Assembly (NCBI RefSeq): GCF_035594765.1
Contig: NC_085842.1
Location: forward strand, 270,491,749 to 270,555,748
DNA: 64,000 nucleotides
Direction of reading: 5' to 3'
DNA from: Anolis carolinensis
Lineage: Eukaryota
Part shown: positions 14,291 to 28,326 of the stretch, piece after piece
How positions within the stretch are numbered: position 1 is the first letter of the stretch
Layout: each line of letters begins with the position of its first letter
Position numbers and translations under genes: made by a program
Notes under the pieces: model-generated
What the model saw: only the letters and a program-made list of their open reading frames with translations
Database searches by the model: none
Told to the model about the DNA's origin: nothing

Positions 14291-16948
14291 CTTTTCATTA
14301 TTTATGAGGAGAGCAGGAGTTAAAGTTAAAAGTATAAGAGTTCACAGCTAAAAAGGGAGTAAATAGTATTGTTAATAAAGCGTCATTATAGCCATTTAAA
14401 CTATTCCTCACTTTGAGAGTTGCAAGTGTCTTGAGGTGAACCATAAAGTTCAGTCCTGATACTCAGTATACTTTCATTTTTTCAAATTGGCTGCTGGGAT
14501 GTCCTTGGTGCCTCAAAATGGTTATCACTGAGAACATGCTGGAGTACTTGCAGATGCTATATCTTCAAATACCACAGTCTAGCATTATTGTATGTAATAG
14601 TGTCTCAGGATAAATGTCAGTTTTCACCAATCCAAGGAGACTTTTTACTCAGAGCAGCTGTTTCTTCTTTGAGCATGAGGGGATACAAAATGCAGTGGGA
14701 GCAGGTTTCCAAGCAAAACACTATAAAGGAATATGTGCACCTGCATTAGTAAATGAACACATACAATTTCACCATCAAAGCACTTTTTCCAAAGAGATTT
14801 GAAGTCATCCTTCCATGCTCTATAAGTAAAGGAAGTGGAAGAAACGAACTGTAAAATAGCAGCAGCTTTATTTTTCCATACAGAAGTATTAGCTGTTTAA
14901 AACAAGGGCCCCTTTGATTAATTAAGTTGTGGGCGATTTGGGACTCCCTTGTTACAAAACACTATTTAAAATTTGCTGTGTGTTAACAGAGAGCTTGTTT
15001 CTTCTAACCTGAGAATCTAGACACTTAATATTTTTAATACATTTTGGCAGCAGTTATTTACCATGTTCTTAGCTAAAGGAGAAAGCAGTGTACATTCAGA
15101 AATAGGACATTCAGTCTTCATGCCTGTGGTTGGTATTGCAGCTATTACTGCAACAAATTTGTAGCCTCCTTGTTCTTTTCCCTGACTGCTTCAGCTTCTT
15201 AAGAAGACTAAATAATAGGGACTTTTTGTTGACATGTATGAACTCATCATTTTCAGAGTAGATAGTGTCTTAACCAGTAGTTTATGTTTGTTTGTGCTCT
15301 CTTTACATGCCAGAGTAATGAAAATAAGTTTGAACAGTAAGAAATGAAATGCTTCACTGATGCATTCCTGTCTGTCTTGCGAAAGCATGTCAGAACTAAA
15401 CTCTGATGCATATCTTGTGAATAAATATGAAAAGAATTCTAGGAAGGTGGGCATGTTTGTGAAAGGAATTAATTTACATCACATGGTACTGATTGCACTT
15501 ATGTAAACATCCCCTTTTACTTTGAAGAAGTCTGTGTCTCAAAGGGATACAACTGTATTCCACTGCAGAGGGTAACAGGCTATGTATTTACTTAGTGCCA
15601 ATTTTAATATTGAAAGCCCTTCCTAGCAAGTCAGACAACTAACTGAACGTATTTAAGATGAAGTGTTTCTTCTCACTCCATGTGTTTGCTTTGCACTAAA
15701 TGGCCCTCCAAGTACCACTCACTGTTCTAAATTTATATAAACTTTGCAGTGGTTTTTCAAATTAGGAAAGCCTCGATAAAAGTGCAAGCTGTTTTACTGA
15801 AAACACTCTATACATAAGAAAGTAGGATGAGAAATCCCAGAGCTTATTACCTAACAGTTGCTTTTCAAAACATACATTACATTTAATAAGGAACCCATTC
15901 TATTATTCGTGGATTATTATTGTGGTTAAATTCAATATTCTGGTTTCAAAAGCATTGTGGCTTCTATAGCATTTGTTTAGGATGGATTAAAAGTAGTTCA
16001 TAGATTGCACACATCTTCTGGTGCTTTTTTTTATCATGGAGGCTTCTCCATGCTCCCTGTCCTGAAAAAAATGCAGGTAGCAAACACAGTTCTTGTTCCT
16101 GGAGACTTAGGTGTAATAGCTTTGTGGGCATTTGTTGTTACTGTTCAAAGGACCCCCAGAGTTTCAAAAACAAAATGAGAGTGGAAACTACTTCAATTTT
16201 TCTCAGTTTTCCAACATTTGCACAGTCTGAGGGAAACCCTGGCATGTTTCCAGGAAAGAAAGAAGTGATTGTATCCAGTAAACATCAACATCAGGTAACT
16301 TAACATTATCCAGGGAAAGATTTGGTGATGGCATGTATTGGCTATTGCAAATAGCAAACTGTGTTAAGCCACATTTACCCATGCTTCCTTCTTTGTCTTC
16401 CCCTTTATTCCTATCCTGGTTGGGCCTTGTATCTCTATGACTAAGAGTTAATTGGTGTCTCTTTCAGTCCTGTGTGTAAATATGTTTGTATGTGTGTCAA
16501 GGGATTCTTTTATGTTTGTGGTATGGTAAGCCAGGGCTAGTAAGAATGTGGAGCTCTATTTACATATTTTAAACTGGAAACCTGAGATCCACCAACCAGA
16601 GACACATGTGTAATATCAGGGTTGAATGGAGATCACAGTCCTTAACCTGAAAGCCCACTTCTGATATCAACAAGATTTTCTTTTCATTGTAGTAGTACGT
16701 TTTAGAGATGGACAGTCATTCTTAGAAGTCCTTTTCAAGCAAATGTGAATCACGCTGTCTTTCTGTATTGAGCACTTTTCTTTAAATTTGTGTTCTCAGT
16801 CATGAACTAAATATTCATGTTTTGCTTGCAAGAAAATACAAGAACCTATCTTCCACTAATTTGTGTGCACGTGTTTCCTTTGTTTCACAGAAAAAAAACT
16901 GTTTTCACAAAGGTCACATGTGTGTTTGGGGTTCAGAACAGTGTAGAG

Positions 16949-17242
16949 CAGGGGTCCCCAAACTAAGGCCTGGGGGCCACATGCGGCCGATCGAAGCCAT
17001 TTATCCGGCCCCTGCGGCGGCTCCCTCCTTCTCCACTGAGGAAGGCGCGTGCAGCACAAGGGAGGAGGGAAAGACCTCCTGCCTCGCATGGTGTACGCCT
17101 TCCAAAGCTTTGCTTGTTTATAATGGTATTCTAATTATTATTTAATTAATTATTAAGGGGTGCTTTGCTAGCGCTTTTGGTGCACAGAGGCAGAAGGGGG
17201 TTGGACTAAATGGCCCAAGGGGTCTCTTCCAACCCTCTTTAC

Positions 17243-17273
<31 letters not shown>

Positions 17274-17523
17274 GACAGAAGGACACAGTATAACACAGCA
17301 AACGAGATATATACACTGGATTTTGCATCACAAAATCAGAAGTCTAATACTTCCCAAGCATTTAGGACTGTGTGATTTGTTGTTGTTGTTGTTGTTATTA
17401 TTATTATTATTATTAACAACATTGAGGCTGGGTGGCCATCTGTCAGGGGTGCTTTGCTTGTGCTTTTGGTGCACAAAGGTAGAAGGGGGTTGGACTAAAT
17501 GGCCCAAGGGGTCTCTTCCAACT

Positions 17524-17574
<51 letters not shown>

Positions 17575-17738
17575 ATTGAGGCTGTGTTTGTTCCCATTTT
17601 ATTTTTTTACTTCAAAATGAGATATGTGCCGTGTGCATGGGAATTTGTTCATAATTTTTTAAAAAACTATAGTCCAGCTGTCCAATGGTCTGAAGGACCG
17701 TGAACTGGCCCCCTGTTTAAAAGGTTTGGGGACCCCTG
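16949..17738. mobile_element. Non-autonomous hAT element carrying captured retroelement fragments
   Basis: 15-bp TIR caggggtccccaaac / gtttggggacccctg. 8-bp TSD gtgtagag / gagtagag (7/8). Confidence 0.9.
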
Positions 17739-17907
17739 GAGTAGAGAAACCATCATGATTTTACTTTGGCTTTAAAACCCCAGAGCAGGTACCCAATAGT
17801 TTTGTTCTATTAGCTTCTCATATGTTTCTTCGCATGTTAAGTAACAGTACTACACCTAGCTCTCTGGCCTTCCATATCAAAACTTTAAAAGAAAGTAGGA
17901 AAATGTT

Positions 17908-18017
17908 GTGTTGTCAAAAGCTTTCATGGCCAGAATGATTGGGTTGCTGTGAGTTTTCTGGATTGTATGGCCATGTTCTGGAACATGGCCATACAGCCCA
18001 GAAAACTCACAGCAATC
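17908..18017. mobile_element. Penelope-like short insertion with inverted (hairpin) structure
   Basis: 35-nt inverted arms at 17944-17978 and 17981-18015. Flanking duplication taggaaaa(t/c)gtt. Family call is from recall of lizard Penelope termini. Confidence 0.7.
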
Positions 18018-21000
18018 TAGGAAAACGTTCTCTAGATTTGAGGTATTTGACAGTGGTAATCAAACTGCATGTGACAGATATGTGTGTTGGATAACTGGAA
18101 TTCTCTACCACTTTAATCTTCCCATACCATGTCTGTTGTAGAAAAAGTACTGTTTCCCAGCCTTAGTCCAGTGTTAGAAGTGAATTAGGGTAAAGTGTGA
18201 ACAGCGCAGGAGGGGAAAAGGAGTTGTATGGTAGATGACCTTTGATGTATTAAAACTGGAGTTCTCCCATCCAACATAAAACTGAATGGGATAAACTAAA
18301 ATAACATGATTTGACTGCTTCAGACATTTCTCAGTTGACTCAGAGTCACGTATGCTATACTCATTGGCTGTGATCCAACAGTGAGGACCATAGATGTGAC
18401 CAGAGCCATTGCATTGTTATATTTGGAGATAATGTAAATTTCCTGAGGACTTGTGGAACACTTTCTCCCCCAGGGATCTCATGTTGTCTTGATCTGAGAG
18501 AACTGTGTTTACATTCTGATCACATATAGGAATGTTTCAATTGACCTTAGGAATGAAAAATAACTAGAAAATTTGCAGGATTTGCCCAACAGTTTCAGAA
18601 CTTTTTAATGTCCAAATAATACATCAAGATTTTGTTTTGCTTTTATTACTAGATGCCCTTTTAACTTTTGAGCAGGGACCTGATCAGCATTAACATAGAT
18701 GCTTCTCTGACAGCTGTGAGCCGCCAAAGTGACTCAAGGAATCTTGGCTTTGATAGTTAGTTCACCCAAATTGCTTTAGACATTCTGAGTGAAATCAGAA
18801 TAATTGGAAGGGTTTGATAGATGTATGTTTTATTTTATTATTTTAGGTTTTTTTTTTCATTCATGAAACATTAAACAGACTGGCAAGGTGACCTTTCAAG
18901 GGAATTTTGCTTAATCCAGTGTGTTGATTAAAGGGCTGGTTGTTATTAGAAGAATTAAGTATTGGTCTTGTAAAAGAAAAGCTAGAAGAATTGCCACTGT
19001 CTAATGAATTTTGATGTCAGTCGTGTTCTTAAAATCCTCAAAGGGAGTGTTAAAAGTGATTGCATAATTTGGAAATAGGGAAATATCGCTGTAGGAGGAT
19101 GGGTGTAGAAATGAAAGTAGTGCTGCCCTTAACTGTTTTCCTTAAAGATCTGTCATGTGACAAATTGAAAAGAGATTATTTGGAATCCTGCTGTTCAAAA
19201 ATTCAACTGTCATTAACCCACTGGAAAGGGGAACGGAAAGAAGGAGATGGGCTGTCTCCATAATCTGCATCTTTTAGAATTGTCTCATAAGTATATTGTA
19301 GGAGGTCTCGGCCTTTGGGTCTAGGTGAATGAATGGTTGTCATTCCACTGTTAATATCCTTGGTTGATACTTCTTTTTAAAGTGAGAAAATAAAAGAACA
19401 GGGTCTTTCATTTAATAAAGCATTTTAAGAACATCAGTCCATCCCACAGAAAAAAATGGAATACATCTGTGAGCATAACAGATTTCATGAGTTAGCAAAG
19501 TGGAGAAAGAAATGTAGGAAATGTCTATGAAGAAATATCCTTAAAGAAAACTTGTTGCAGCTTAATTTCCTCTTGACATTTAACTGTGATCATCATTTTA
19601 AATTAAAAAAACAACCCAGTGCATGGCTATGCAGATTTGTAATAAATATGCTATATATATGTAATAAATATGCTATATGCTATATAATTCTCTGCTTCAG
19701 GAGCCGGGAACTGTGTTTCATGTTGAAATGCAACTCCCATCAGCTCTAGCTGAGCCAATGGTGAGACGTCATGAGAATTAAAATCCAACAATATCTCGAG
19801 GGCCAGATTTGCCCATCCTATCCCTTCTTTTTAAAATTCAAGTTTAAAAATAAGCATAGAAAAGAAGATGAGGATGGTTTATTAAAATCATGATTTAAAT
19901 CATCAGAAGACTTCAGTTTCAATAGACTGAAATAGAAAACCTTGCTACTTTGGGAAATGTGCCATTAACCAATTTTATGGGACTATAAGTTTCATGAGAC
20001 AGGTTTAGTTGGCATTTCTGCAATAGGTTATAGCTTTACTATTTTTAAAATAAGAGTCAAGAGAATATTAATGTTTTATTTACTGTTTTAGAAATTTAAA
20101 AACAAATATATTTTTCAGATCAGATTATTTTTATTTTCTGTTATGAGCTTTTCAATTATGGTGATTTTTTTGTTTTTAAGTTACAGTACAATAATTATTA
20201 CCAAATTTACATCAATATCTATAAATCAGCATATGAAGTTTTTATTACAAAATAATTCCCCCCTTTTCTTTTAGATGATACAGCTCCTCTTTTGGCAATG
20301 CTTACATAACCACACTACACAGCTAATTATGTATATTTTTCTATTAGGTCTCTTAATAAAGCAGAAAGTTAATGTAATAAAAGAAACATTGGCAGAAGCT
20401 GATATCTGGTTTCATTCTTGTTAATTGTCTCATAATGCCACCATTAGGACTTAATGTGTTATCTTACACTTTCACTCATATAGCATACATTCTGCTTAGA
20501 TTTTATCAAGCTATTATCAAGCTATCAATTATCAAGTTATGATAATCAGGTTATGATATAAGTATTTGTAGTGAGATGTCAATTATGGGCACACCAAGAA
20601 TAAATGGCTTTGACCATTTGAGGATTACAAAAAATATACATAGCGTTTTCATTCAAAGCAGCTGTGAAAAGGGAAATGATGAACATATATAAAAATACTA
20701 CCTAAACCTTCCATTCTCCAAAACAATATGCTAAGAGCAGTGATAAAACCCAACAAAGATCTTGCTAGAATATGTAAACCACCACTGTTATAGCGGAAAT
20801 CCATATTAATTAGTGCTTTTGCTGAAATTTCAGCTTGTAATCACGGTTGTAATATATACATACCACAATTTAAACTAACTTTAAAATTTTACCAGATTGT
20901 AGCTAGAACATAGTAATAATATTTACATACCTTTCCCAAATGTGAAAAGATAGCTTAAAACATAGATAATGATATATTATTGAGTATATGGTACCCATTC

Positions 21001-21369
21001 AAAGACTTTGAAAGTTTATGTACGAAACCCATTTTAGAACCCATTATGTTGCTTTAGTATGGTTTCAAGAATGAGAATTGTTCCATTTATACAGCAAACC
21101 AATAGCACTAAATTAATTCAGTAATATTGCTTGCATACATCATGTAATATGGACTAGATGTTAGGTCAAATGAAAATATGCCGAAGTTGTTTGGATTAAG
21201 TGTTTATAAATAGCTGCCACAGACATTAACTTGTTAATTCCTTGTTCCTTAAACAACTTGTTGGAACTAATAAGCACTGGATACATGCACAAGATGAGTT
21301 GCCAAACCACTCTTTATAGTGACTTTAGCTTACCTCTCCAGATCTTTGCAAGCTCTAACACTATGCTTG

Positions 21370-21560
21370 GTTTGTGTATTATGTGCCTTTAAGTTGACTA
21401 TTGACTTATGGCAACCCCATGAATTCCATCCATAGGGTTTCCTTAGGCGAGGAATATTCAGAGGTGATTTTGTCAGTTCCTGAATATTCATTGGTGATCT
21501 CCCATCCAAGTACTACCAGACTTGATCCTATTTAGCTTCCAAGATCAGTTAAGATACTTA
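21370..21560 (-). mobile_element. 5S rRNA-derived SINE (SINE3-type), degenerate
   Basis: Reverse complement of 21493-21549 (tgatcttggaagctaaataggatcaagtctggtagtacttggatgggagatcacc) matches the 5S internal control region. It is joined to a non-5S body. Confidence 0.75.
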
Positions 21561-21909
21561 GGATATTTAAGCACCATCATGTTTGATTAATGAATTTAAA
21601 AAATCTACCTTTCAAGACACTATACTGACTGTAGTTCAATTGATATTTTGTGATGAAAAGTATAGTAAAATCCCTGGAATATACTGCTGAAGGCTAACAT
21701 AACTTTGCTATTATGGGAATAAGAATAATCTGTGTCTGTGTTAACTGAAAGATTGATGTCTTTTATTCTTTTTCCTCTTTCAAAAATATGTGCACTGATC
21801 GAATTGGTAGGACTGAAAATATTATATATAAGAAGCCCTTCCCCTTGCCTGTACATTAACTCAACTCCTTGTGATTCCCCAAGTGTGCAATCAGCCATAT
21901 TTCACTGTT

Positions 21910-21973
21910 GACATCTTTGTTCCCTACTTGGACATCTTTGTTCCCTACTTGTTCCCTACTGCTTCCCTACTTG
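21910..21973. repeat. Local tandem duplication gacatctttgttccctacttg x2 plus partial copies
   Basis: Direct reading. Confidence 0.85.
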
Positions 21974-23752
21974 GAAAAATATACTGTTAAGCCAAACTGT
22001 ATGTGGCTAGAATACTTTTTATATTATTATAGACGAGTTTCCCATAGGTGACTGTTACATAGGGGTATAAGGCAAGCAACTAGACATTAAAGTAGATGTG
22101 TTAAAAAGAAAAAAGAGAAACATTTCCCCACATGTTTTGCATAGATTACATATAAATTGAGCTGTTAGGACCTGCAACATTAGCAACTGTAATACCTGTT
22201 GTGTCCATACTATATACCTGTCATCTGTTCACATACTAAAGTTACATGCTTAGGTACAAGCTGTCCAATTTACATAGGCAGGCAAGTGGTGCATTTAAAA
22301 GCTACATTTAAGTCAACACAACTGCGCAGCGCTCTGGTAGTACATTGTGAGCCTTTCCACTTTGAAATACTCAATGATAGCTCAAGCGAAACTATATAAA
22401 TTAGTCCCTGTCACACAGAGGCATAAAAGTGGAATTAGTAATTTATATTAATCACAAATGTTTCTCCAAGTTTTATTAACAAGCAGATTAGCTTCCAAAG
22501 TGCTCTCTGGAATACATTTCTCCTCTACACTGCCTCAGGGAACAAAACGGTTATGGATGTTTAGATAAAGATTATAGGTTCATCTGTGAAAAATATACAT
22601 TTTAGTATAATTTGATTTCAGTTTCTATAGTGACAGTTCATCACTACAGGAATAAGTGGTCAGCTATTTTATAAAAATTAAAATGGAAATAGTGGGTTTT
22701 ATATTTCTTGTATGCACAAAGAGAAGCCTGTTGAGAAAGCAGGGAGAGGCTAAACAAAACCTCCCTCCCCCCTCCCTCCCTCCTTATACAAATGTGAGAT
22801 TTCGGCCAGTTACAATATGTCAAGTATTTTTTTATTAACCTGTAAGGTCTCTCACTGCAGAACAAGTGCTCATCGAATGTCTATATTGCCATGGAATGTT
22901 TATACACATTCAAATTTCTGAAGAAAAGGACTGAATTGGCAATATTGATAATGACAGGGTTTTTGTGATTAGTAAAATGATGTGAACATCCACTTGAGTT
23001 GATACTTTATGAGGATATTGTGTATTTTAATACAGGAGAGATACAATTATTTCCTTTCCTAAAACTAGAAGTGTAAAAAGGAAACATGGAAACTAAATCA
23101 ATATTTTCCACTATTCAAAAATATTTTCGGAGTGACAGATTCAAATAGATATTTAAAAGCATATAGAATAATAGCATTGGAGTTGAGTGTACAAATAAGG
23201 AGTGTAATTGAAAAATCGAGCTTTTTGCCACTTGCAACCTCATCAGATGGGGCTGTTTTTGGCAGCATACACCGGTTCCACTGTAGTTTAGCCATGGAGT
23301 CCACTAGTTCCCATCCCACGATGTACAGCTACTTCCGTTGGGGGTCTGTGGCTAAACTACAGCAGAATTGGTGTATGCCGTGGTGGCAGTGGACCCCCCC
23401 CCCATGGGATGGGGTTTCGGGTAAGTTGGATGATGTGGGGTGTGGAGCAACAAGTTTCCCAACCTCCCGATGGGCACCACCAGGTTTGCCATGATCTGTG
23501 GCTATTCCGGAAGCCAATGTGATGAGGTCCCTAGTCTGCATTGGCAAAAGCTTTTTGTGTGAATAATGTTATGACTTGCAACATTTCCAAAAACTATTGT
23601 GTACCTTTTTGCAGAAGAAAATCACAAGTGTCTTATAAAGGATAAAAAAGTGTTTTTTCCTGTTTTGCTTTCATGAGCAGCACATTACATCAAGTGGCAT
23701 TCCAATAGGCAAATCTCTTATGCATTACCATAACTAACTTAGCAATGGCTAC

Positions 23753-23803
23753 TCCAGAGTCTAAATGCAACCAAGAAGGTCCAGAGTCTAAATACAACCA
23801 AGA
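23753..23803. repeat. 27-bp-period tandem duplication tccagagtctaaat(g/a)caaccaaga
   Basis: Direct reading. Confidence 0.85.
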
Positions 23804-24317
23804 TTGCTTTTTCATTTGTCATTTCACCTCAGGCATATTTGCCACTTTCATTATACACCTGTGCCACTTCTTTTTAAACTGAAATGGCAGACACTGACTT
23901 ATATGAGAAAAACAACTTATGCATTTGATCCTTGTCCTTCATGGCTGATGAAGCAAATCTGGATAAATGCGTGAGTGGGATAGAAGAGTGAAGGGGTTAG
24001 AAGAAAATGTCATTCCTTCTAACTTTAAAAAGGCAATAAGATTTGTTTTCAAAGGCTTCTCTGGGATTTCGCCATTCTAGACAATTTTGAACCAGTTTCA
24101 GATATCTTGGACAATGTTCTTGATCTCTTATTTTCATCTGCACTCCAGGCAGTCTTGGATAAAACAGAACATCTAGATCCATTTAACATGACATTAAGTC
24201 CATTTCTAAACATGTTTAGTGACCTTAATACAATATCTGCAGTACCATTTCATTCTATTAGAACCAACAGTATGACCCTATCTGAGTTTTATGATCTTTA
24301 AGGAGACCCATCTCTTA

Positions 24318-24450
24318 GAGCCCTTCCAGACATGCCCTATATCCCAGGATTTGATCCCAGGTTTTCTCCTTTAAACTGCATTATATGAGTCGCCACTGTC
24401 AGATAATCTGGGATCAGATCCTGGGATATAGGGCCTGTCTGGAAGGGCCC
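24318..24450. mobile_element. PIF/Harbinger-like palindromic MITE
   Basis: TIR g(a/g)gcccttccagaca ... tgtctggaagggccc. Confidence 0.75.
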
Positions 24451-24717
24451 AGAGTCCCACCACTTTTCGAGGTATATTAGGTAGCAACAGAAGAGAGGCC
24501 TTCTGCTCATCTTTAAATTCCCTTCTTAGGAACAGGCTTTTAGGAACTTCCTGTCTGGCCTTTTAATTTGGCCCTGTCATGTTTATCTTCCATCGTATAC
24601 TGGATTTTAATTTTATAGATTGTTTAATGCATTTTAAAATAATTTGTACATTTTTGCTGATGTTGTGAATGTGTTTTAGTTGCATTTGTTTTAAATTTGT
24701 AGACCACCATAAGTCCC

Positions 24718-25053
24718 TGGGCCCCTCGTGGTGGCGCAGTGTGTTAAAGCACTGAGCTGCTGAACTTGCAGACCGAAAGGTCCCAGGTTCAAATCCCGGG
24801 AGTGGAATGAGCGCCCGCTGTTAGCCCCAGCTCCTGCCAACCTAGCAGTTTGAAAACATGCAAATGTGAGTAGATCAATAGGTACCGCTCTGGCATGAAG
24901 GTAACGATACCCCATGCAGTCATGCCGGCCACATGACCTTGGAGGTGTCTACGGACAACTCCGACTCTTCGGCTTAGAAATGGAGATGAGCACTAACCCC
25001 CAGAGTTGGTCACGACTGGACTTTATGTCAGGGGAAAACCTTTACCTTTTACT
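24718..25053 (+). mobile_element. Full-length Sauria SINE with 10-bp TSD
   Basis: A box gtggcgcagtg, B box ggttcaaatcc, acctttacc tail. TSD cataagtccc at 24708-24717 and 25054-25063. Confidence 0.95.
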
Positions 25054-28000
25054 CATAAGTCCCACTGCTGGAGGAAAATATAATATTAATAAATTAATAG
25101 TAGTAATAATAGTAATATCATCTCTAATTAACTAGTGGGGTTGATAGCTCAACACACTATATTCACTTTTCAGAACGATGTTGGGACTCCTTTCTTCTGC
25201 AAGTAAAGGCAGGCCCTTCTCTGCCCTTACTTGTTAAATATAGATGTTTTACTTAAACTTGAAAGCTGTTTTTAAACAATGATGTCTCTCTTACTACATC
25301 TATGTGGGAGGGCTTTTAAAACCTATATTGTTTTTTTAAAAATTACAGCATGACCCCCATATCCACAGGAGATAAAACCCCAGGCTTCACATGAATACAT
25401 GTGCGAACTTATATATTTTATTATAATTTAATTTCAATTCCAAAAGCTATAGTTTATCACTATAGGAATTAGTAGTCATCTTCCATTAAAATGAAGATAG
25501 GGAAACAGCAGGCGTAGTTTGTACTGGAGGTCTTAAGTGAATACATAAATAAGGAAAACTGTGGATAAGGTGCTATATTGTATATTGTAGTTTTACATTA
25601 TTTTAAGCTCTTCAAAATGTGTATTGTACTGTACTTTAAACGATGGGATAGAGATCTCTACAGCAAAGAAGAAAATGGCATTTTGCTCTTACTACAGAAG
25701 ATGCAGCTTTTTTGTTGTTCCGCTTTGGGGAGAGTAAACAGTATTGCTGACTACTCATGTTTTTGCATACTTCAAGCGATGATGTGTGTTAACATAAGTT
25801 CCTTAATGAAACATCACACATTTGAAATTAAACTAAAAGACTAAAGATTAAGCCAAATGCCTTATTTATTTTGGAAATAAACAAATAGGTAGGCCTGGGG
25901 GCAAAAAAGCTTGCATGGTATAATCTGGAAGTAGTGTGGAGACACAAGATAGTTGAAGGAGATGTAGCAAAGCAAGCAGCAGAATAAAAGAGGGAGCTTG
26001 GGGAGAAGAAAGATGAAAGAGGGGGGAAATCACACCAGCCTAGAAATAGCATCAGGAGAGAATAGAGATGGGCTAACAGGAATAAAAGTAAAGACTTTCT
26101 GTATATATTTCAGATTTCAATATTAATGTCAAAAATACGTAGTATGATTTTACATAGGATTTGTGCTACATTAGAACAGTAAGGACAAATATCACTTAAG
26201 TAAAATAAACATTAAATATTAAATAACCAAAAAAATAAAATAAGGTGTAAACACTAAGCTAATCTGGGAATCTGCTATTGCAACACATCCAATGAAGTGG
26301 TTTAAAACCAGTATAAAAAAAGATTAGGACTAAGTACGTTCCAGTCTACTTGGAATACACGAAGCTCATTCCAGAAGCGTGTTTAAGAACTGGTCCAAGA
26401 GTCCAGAAGAGCCTTGACTCCCAGTGTGACCATCATCCCACTTTCTTTGCTAGTTAACTTGCACCCAGTATGCTTTATTATGCCAATTGTTTGCCTTAGA
26501 TAGTTGAGCAAGGACTAAGGACTAGAGATCAAGAAAATATTTCTACAATGGTCTGAAATCACCAGCTAATCTTTCACCCCAGTTGTATTATTCGTGCAGT
26601 TACAACATCTTCCTATTCCTTGTCGTCCCCCCCCCCCCCCCATCATCACACACTTTTATTCTTAGCAGTTTTTTTGGGATAAGGACTTTACAGCCCTCAA
26701 AATGAGCCAGAAGAAGCCATTTAATATTCTGTAACTCTGCAAGCAATTCTTTAGAATACTGTATGAGCAATGCATGAATAATGGGACCGAATGTGTTCAG
26801 CTGATGATGAGAATGGAGAGAGCAAAGCCAGAATGAATACAGCTGGCCCTAAGAGCAATGCAGAGCAGGCTGTCAATATGACCTTCACACTTTCCATGTA
26901 TTCTACAGGCAAAAATCAATTTCCCCACATACAAGCTTCAAGAGGTTTATCTCTATTGTTCTGTTGGATTAAAGGACCAGCATTACTGGTGTGCTTAATT
27001 CTATTAAGTTAAATTCACATTTCCCTCCTCTCAAACATGTTTTCTGTTTTAAGACAATGAGCAAGTTTTGAAAGGGAAATAGGAAGATGATCAAAACAAA
27101 ACCATAAAGATCAAACTCCTCACTACAGAAGATACAAACAAGAAGTGGGCGGTAGGGAGAAGCTCATTATGAAGAGATTAGAAAATTAATTGATCTGTGG
27201 CTTTGACAGTTCCCACTGGACATCTGAGGATTCTGCAAAATGAAAATGCAGTCTCTAACATGACACTCTTCAGTGTTATTGCATTTTCCTTGACTAGCTA
27301 CTCTTCTGAAGGATCATTAAGTTCCAATTATTTTCAGTGAAATATTTCACAAGAAAAGGGCATGATAAAAATCTGCCATGGTAGTATAATTCCCCAGAGA
27401 AGCCTACTAAGTCTCTTATCAGGACTGTAAAAGAGAAGAATCCTATTCAGCATAAAATGAAGAAATCTTGCAATGGGGAGGGTTCTCTTCTACAGAGTGC
27501 TTCAAAATACAGTGACGAATTTGTGCTTCTCAATTTCTATCAGGCAGTCAATGAATTCAGTGATAGTAAAGTAAGGTCTGGTGAACTGTCTAATGTGGAT
27601 GGAAGTGAAATCTCTATTGCGTTCTATTTTTAAGCACGCTTCTGGGAGGCAATGTTGGAATACAGACTTCAATTTTAAATGCCACAGCATCTTTCTTATA
27701 GATTGTAAAATACCCTGCAGCCCTATTTCTTCTAAAAGGTTTGGCAACCCTCTAAGAAAAGTGAGAACCGGTCTATTTACTTTGTGTTGTTTTCATTGTT
27801 TTAACTCTGTCTATCTCAATAAGCTTAGAGTGGCAATAGTATTTAGAAATTAACAGTAAGTCAGGCATGTAATTGTCATGGAAGGGCATGTACATTCCTT
27901 TACATTTCCAAGTAATTTACATTCCTGAATTTTCTTAGTAATTAGGCTGCTGTGGGATATCTGTTTATCAAATTACAATTTTCTGGTGATGTGCAAGCCT

Positions 28001-28326
28001 GGGCAAGACTCTAGTCTGTACCATACTTCAGATTTCTAGATCATCTGGAAATAGTACTCATTTGTCATTTAGATATCCCAATGAATAACTGTTATTCACA
28101 CTTTTTTTTTTTACATATAGTACTGGTAAATGAAACTAGAATATTGCAAGCATAGATAATTTTTTATTGCATATTTCCGGGCCCTTAAATATCCAAGTCA
28201 GAAGAGATTATGAACCTCCGCAACATGAACTGATTGTGGTTTGTGTTAGAATGTTGGTTTCTGTTATGAAATATGTTTTCACCCCCCAGATTAAAAAGTT
28301 AAAATAAATAGAATAAATGTTATATT

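Noticed and set aside
17272-17703. Poly-Leu/Ile/Asn ORFs
   Set aside because: Translations of (TTA)n/(TTG)n inside the hAT element.
21493-21549. 5S rRNA gene
   Set aside because: Partial, diverged and fused to a SINE body; not a functional rRNA gene. The same applies at ~47500.
21910-21973. CRISPR-like or functional repeat array
   Set aside because: Simple slippage duplication without spacers, in eukaryotic DNA.
23250-23550. GC-richer patch with several ORFs
   Set aside because: No domain or splice pattern recognised; likely an old TE remnant that I cannot assign.
24721-24800. tRNA gene
   Set aside because: The A/B boxes belong to the Sauria SINE head.
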